A stretch of DNA of 64,000 bases from an uncultured Chloroflexia bacterium. Lineage in GTDB: Bacteria; Chloroflexota; Ktedonobacteria; Ktedonobacterales; JADMIN01. Of the stretch, positions 60,869 through 64,000 are shown piece by piece. A program made the position numbers and the translations under genes. The notes below the pieces were generated by a model. That model saw nothing but the letters and a program-made list of their open reading frames with translations, was not told the DNA's origin and ran no database searches. The stretch spans positions 7,879 to 71,878 of the forward strand of contig CAWIYP010000017.1 in NCBI GenBank assembly GCA_963840335.1, written 5' to 3'. The stretch's first letter is position 1. Every line of letters starts with the position of its first letter.

Positions 60869-63800
60869 ATGGCGACAGGTAATTCTCCAGCGAGCGCCGC
60901 TGTTCAGGCGCGTCCACGCGGCGTGAGTGTAGGGCATGGGCTGGGCTGGCTGGGCGTTGCCGCGTGGCTGGCGATGATCGCGGTGAATGCGGCGCCGTAC
61001 CTCAGCGGGCGTCCGTGGCCCACGGCCAGTGATCTGCCGCAGCGCCTGCTCACGCCGCCCGCCATGCTGGGCCTGACGCCAGCGATGGCCGCGCAGGCCA
61101 TGCCGTTCGTCACCGCGCTCGTGGCCCTCCTCATCGTCATCCTCGCCGCGCTCACCATCTCGCCCACCGCGCCAGCGGCCACACCACCCAGGCCGCATGT
61201 CGCGCTGCCCACGCTACCTGTCGCGCCGCTCACGCCACCCGCGCCGCCTCTGGTGCGCGTGCGCGTGCGCAAGACCTCGCCCGCGCCGCCCCAAAAAGAC
61301 ATTACCCGCGTAGATACCGACATCCTGCCGGTGATCCGTGTGACGCCGCCACTCGCGGAGCCAGCGCATGTTTACGTTCCGCTGCCAGAGCCGCAGATCC
61401 CCAGTCCGCCCAGCGGTGAGACGCCCGCCGAGGCCGCGCCCGCGCCGCAGCGGGAACTACCGGCGCCTCCCGCCAACCCGCACCCGCTCACCGACGCCGC
61501 CGTGCCAGCGCCACCGCTCGACGTTACAACCAAACTCGACCCTACAACCAGGCTCGACCCTACAACCAAGCTCGATGCGACCACCAAGCTCGATGCGACC
61601 ACCAAGCTCGCGCCAGCGTCGCCAACCAGCGCCGCCACTGCGGCCATGTCTGGCGGCAGAAGCGACGCCCACATAGCGCACTTCACCCCCTGGGTCTTCA
61701 TCAGCCACAGCAGCCAGGATGATGACTTTGGCAAGCGGCTGAATGCTGACCTGCGCGCTGCGCTCGCGCCCGACGACGCCGGGCGGGTCTGGTATGACAG
61801 CGCGCCAGAGCGCGGCGAAGAAGACGCGGAGGGCGCCGAGAGCATGGACGAGAGCGCCCAGCCCGGCGGCCTCACGGGCGGCATGAACTTCCCGCGCGAG
61901 ATCGTGGAGCAGATCGCGGCGCGCAATGTGGCTATCGTGATTCTCTCGCCAGCGGCTGCGCGCTCGCGCTGGGTGCGCTACGAGATCGATCTGGCGATCA
62001 ACCGCTACAACGGGCCAGAACGTTTCGCCATCTATCCAGTGGTCTATCGCAACTGCGCGCTGCCGCATGCGCTGAGCATCTTCCAGGCGCTCGACTTCCA
62101 GGGCGCCGACGCTGACCCCGATGCCTACCAGCGCCAACTCAACGAACTGGTGACGCTGATCCGTGAGGGGCGCGTGAATCTCAGTGAGTCGGCGCCGCCC
62201 TTTGAGCTGGGTCTGCTGCCGGAGCCGCAACACCTGATTGGCCGCGATGTAGATCTGGGCTGGGCGCTCGACCGCCTGCGCGCCCGCGAGACGACCGCCG
62301 TGACCGCCATCGGAGGCATGGGGGGCATCGGCAAGAGCGCGCTCGCCGCCGTCGCCATTCGCCGCCTGCGCCAGGAGCGGGTATTCCCCGATGGCATCGT
62401 GGTCGTAAGCTGTGAAGACAAAAAGGACCCCGCCGAGGTGCTGCGGCAGGCGCTCACGCCCTTCACTCCTGGTCGGCGTACGCCTGAGGCCAGCGACCTG
62501 CCGGGCCTCGCCGCCGTGGCGCAGAAGCTGCTGGGCGGCAAGCGCACGCTCATCGCGCTGGACAATATCGAGCCGGACTGGCCCATCGAGCAGGTGACCG
62601 CGCCGCTGGCCGCCGCTGACGCCACGCTGCTGCTGACCGCGCGCCAGATGCTCCCGCTCGCCGCTGTCCCGCTGGATGGTGTGCGCCGCCTCGATCTGCT
62701 CTCGCCCGCGGACGCGCTGCTGCTCTTCGCCCAGAGCTACGGGCGCGCCAACGCCGACACCCTGACCGCCGCAGAGACTGCGAGCGCCACACGTATCGTC
62801 ACCCTGCTCGACCGCCATACCCTCGCCGTCCGCCTCGCGGGCGCCTATGCCGCTGAGATGCAGCGTCCCCTGGCGCGCGTGGCCGAGGAAATCGCCAGCG
62901 ATGTGCTGCGCATCCCGGAGGGCGAGACGCCGCGCAAGGTGGAGGCCGTGCTGGCGCGCAGCGTGGACGCGCTCCCGCCCGACGGGCAGCGGCTCTTCGT
63001 GGCGCTGGCCGCCATCGCCACCGGCGAGTTCGGGCGCAAGGCCGCGCTGGCCCTGGCGCGCGGCCTCGGGCTGGCCGACCCGGAGGCGACAGTGGAGCTG
63101 CTCGTGCGCCGCGCCCTGCTCGACGCCAGCGTGGACACCAGCCTGCCCGCCGACGCCGACGCCGAGCGCCTGCGTCTGCATCCGCTCTTCCAGGCCGAGG
63201 CCGCGCAACGCTTCGCCGCGTGGTCCGCCAACGACCGCGCCGACGCCCTGCGCGCGATGGCGACCTGGTACGCCCGCTACGCCGCAACGCCACACCCGAC
63301 GACTCACTTCTCCCTGATGAAGCGAACATCGGCGGCGCGCTGGCCTGGGCCGAGGCGGCGAAGGATGATCCTCTGCTCGCGCGCCTCTGCAACGGCATGG
63401 CCGCCTATTGGAGGATCCGTGGCAGAACCGACGACCGCAAACACTACCTGCCGCTGGCGGTGGCGGCGGCCCAGCGCGTGGCGGAAGCGACGGGCACGCG
63501 CGACGACCGCCTGCAAGCGGCGCGGCTAGAAGAATACTATGCTGATCTTCAGCTTATGCTTGGAAATGTCGCCGCCGCACGCGCCGCCTACGAGCGCTTC
63601 CTCGCCATCATGCAAGCCGTCGGCGACCAGCAGCAGGAGGGCGTCGCGCTGGGCCTGCTGGGCGATCTGGCGCTGCGCGAAGGCGATGTCGCCGCCGCAC
63701 GCGCCGCCTACGAGCGCGTCCTCGCCAGCATGCACGCCGTCGGCGACCAGCGCGGGGAGGGCGTGGCGCTCTATAAGCTCGCGCTACTTCTCGAATCGCA

Positions 63801-64000
63801 GGGCGAACTGGATGAGGCCGAGGCGTACCATCGGCAATCGCTGGCGATCAGCAGGCGCGTGCAGCATCCACAGGATGAGGCGGATTCGCTGTTGGAATTA
63901 GGGCAGTTCCTCCTGCGGCATGGGCGCGGCGGGGATGAGGGACGCGCGATGCTGGCGGAGGCGGCGGCGATCTACGAGCGGCTGGGGATGGCGGAGGAGG
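60869..64000 (+). CDS. 2TM-(Pro-rich linker)-TIR-NB-ARC(STAND)-TPR protein, paralog 2, with one apparent 1-nt deletion. Continues past the window end.
   Basis: TM1 LGWLGVAAWLAMIAVNAAPYL, TM2 AMPFVTALVALLIVILAALTI. TIR VFISHSSQDDDFG...VILSPAAARSRWVRYEI. P-loop GGMGGIGKSALA (about 62312-62338). Walker B LIALDNIE. After about 63285 the sense continues in another frame (DEANIGGALAWAEAAKDDPLLARLCNGMAAYW..., then 40-aa TPR-like repeats), open to 64000. Confidence 0.85.
61526..61615 (+). repeat. 18-nt x 5 tandem repeat encoding TTKLD(P/A) in the paralog 2 linker
   Basis: ACAACCAAACTCGACCCT / ACAACCAGGCTCGACCCT / ACAACCAAGCTCGATGCG / ACCACCAAGCTCGATGCG / ACCACCAAGCTCGCGCCA. Confidence 0.85.

Overview
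High-GC window (roughly two-thirds G+C by eye, not computed). Its core, about 30.2-58.2 kb on the + strand, is a bacterial transcription/translation super-operon: rpoB-rpoC, str (rpsL-rpsG-fusA-tuf), S10 (rpsJ to rpsQ) and spc (rplN to rplO, secY, adk, map). Gene content and protein idiosyncrasies suggest a Chloroflexota-like lineage, but this is only a guess. These idiosyncrasies are a large rpoC, a Zn-ribbon L24, a Zn-type S14, and Arg/Gly tails on S3 and S5. The left 30 kb holds housekeeping and accessory genes: ECF sigma/anti-sigma, rqcH-like, gmk, glpX, glgP, a CocE/NonD hydrolase, MarR, pncB, an ArsR-DUF2087 regulator, a polysaccharide deacetylase, an APH-like kinase, and ruvX-mltG. The most interesting content is a pair of paralogous membrane-anchored TIR-NB-ARC(STAND)-TPR genes at 12.4-15.4 kb and from 60.9 kb to the window end. 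They share a conserved 5' region and each lies next to a copy of a long palindromic intergenic repeat. The first copy is heavily disrupted; the second has one frame break. A second pervasive feature is single-nucleotide frame disruption in many genes, including essential ones (fusA, gmk, adk, map, rplC, rpsC). I read this mainly as an assembly-quality signal, although the disruptions cluster strongly in a few accessory genes. I saw no rRNA, tRNA, CRISPR array, transposase or integrase. Many very long ORFs in the track are antisense GC-artefacts of real genes.
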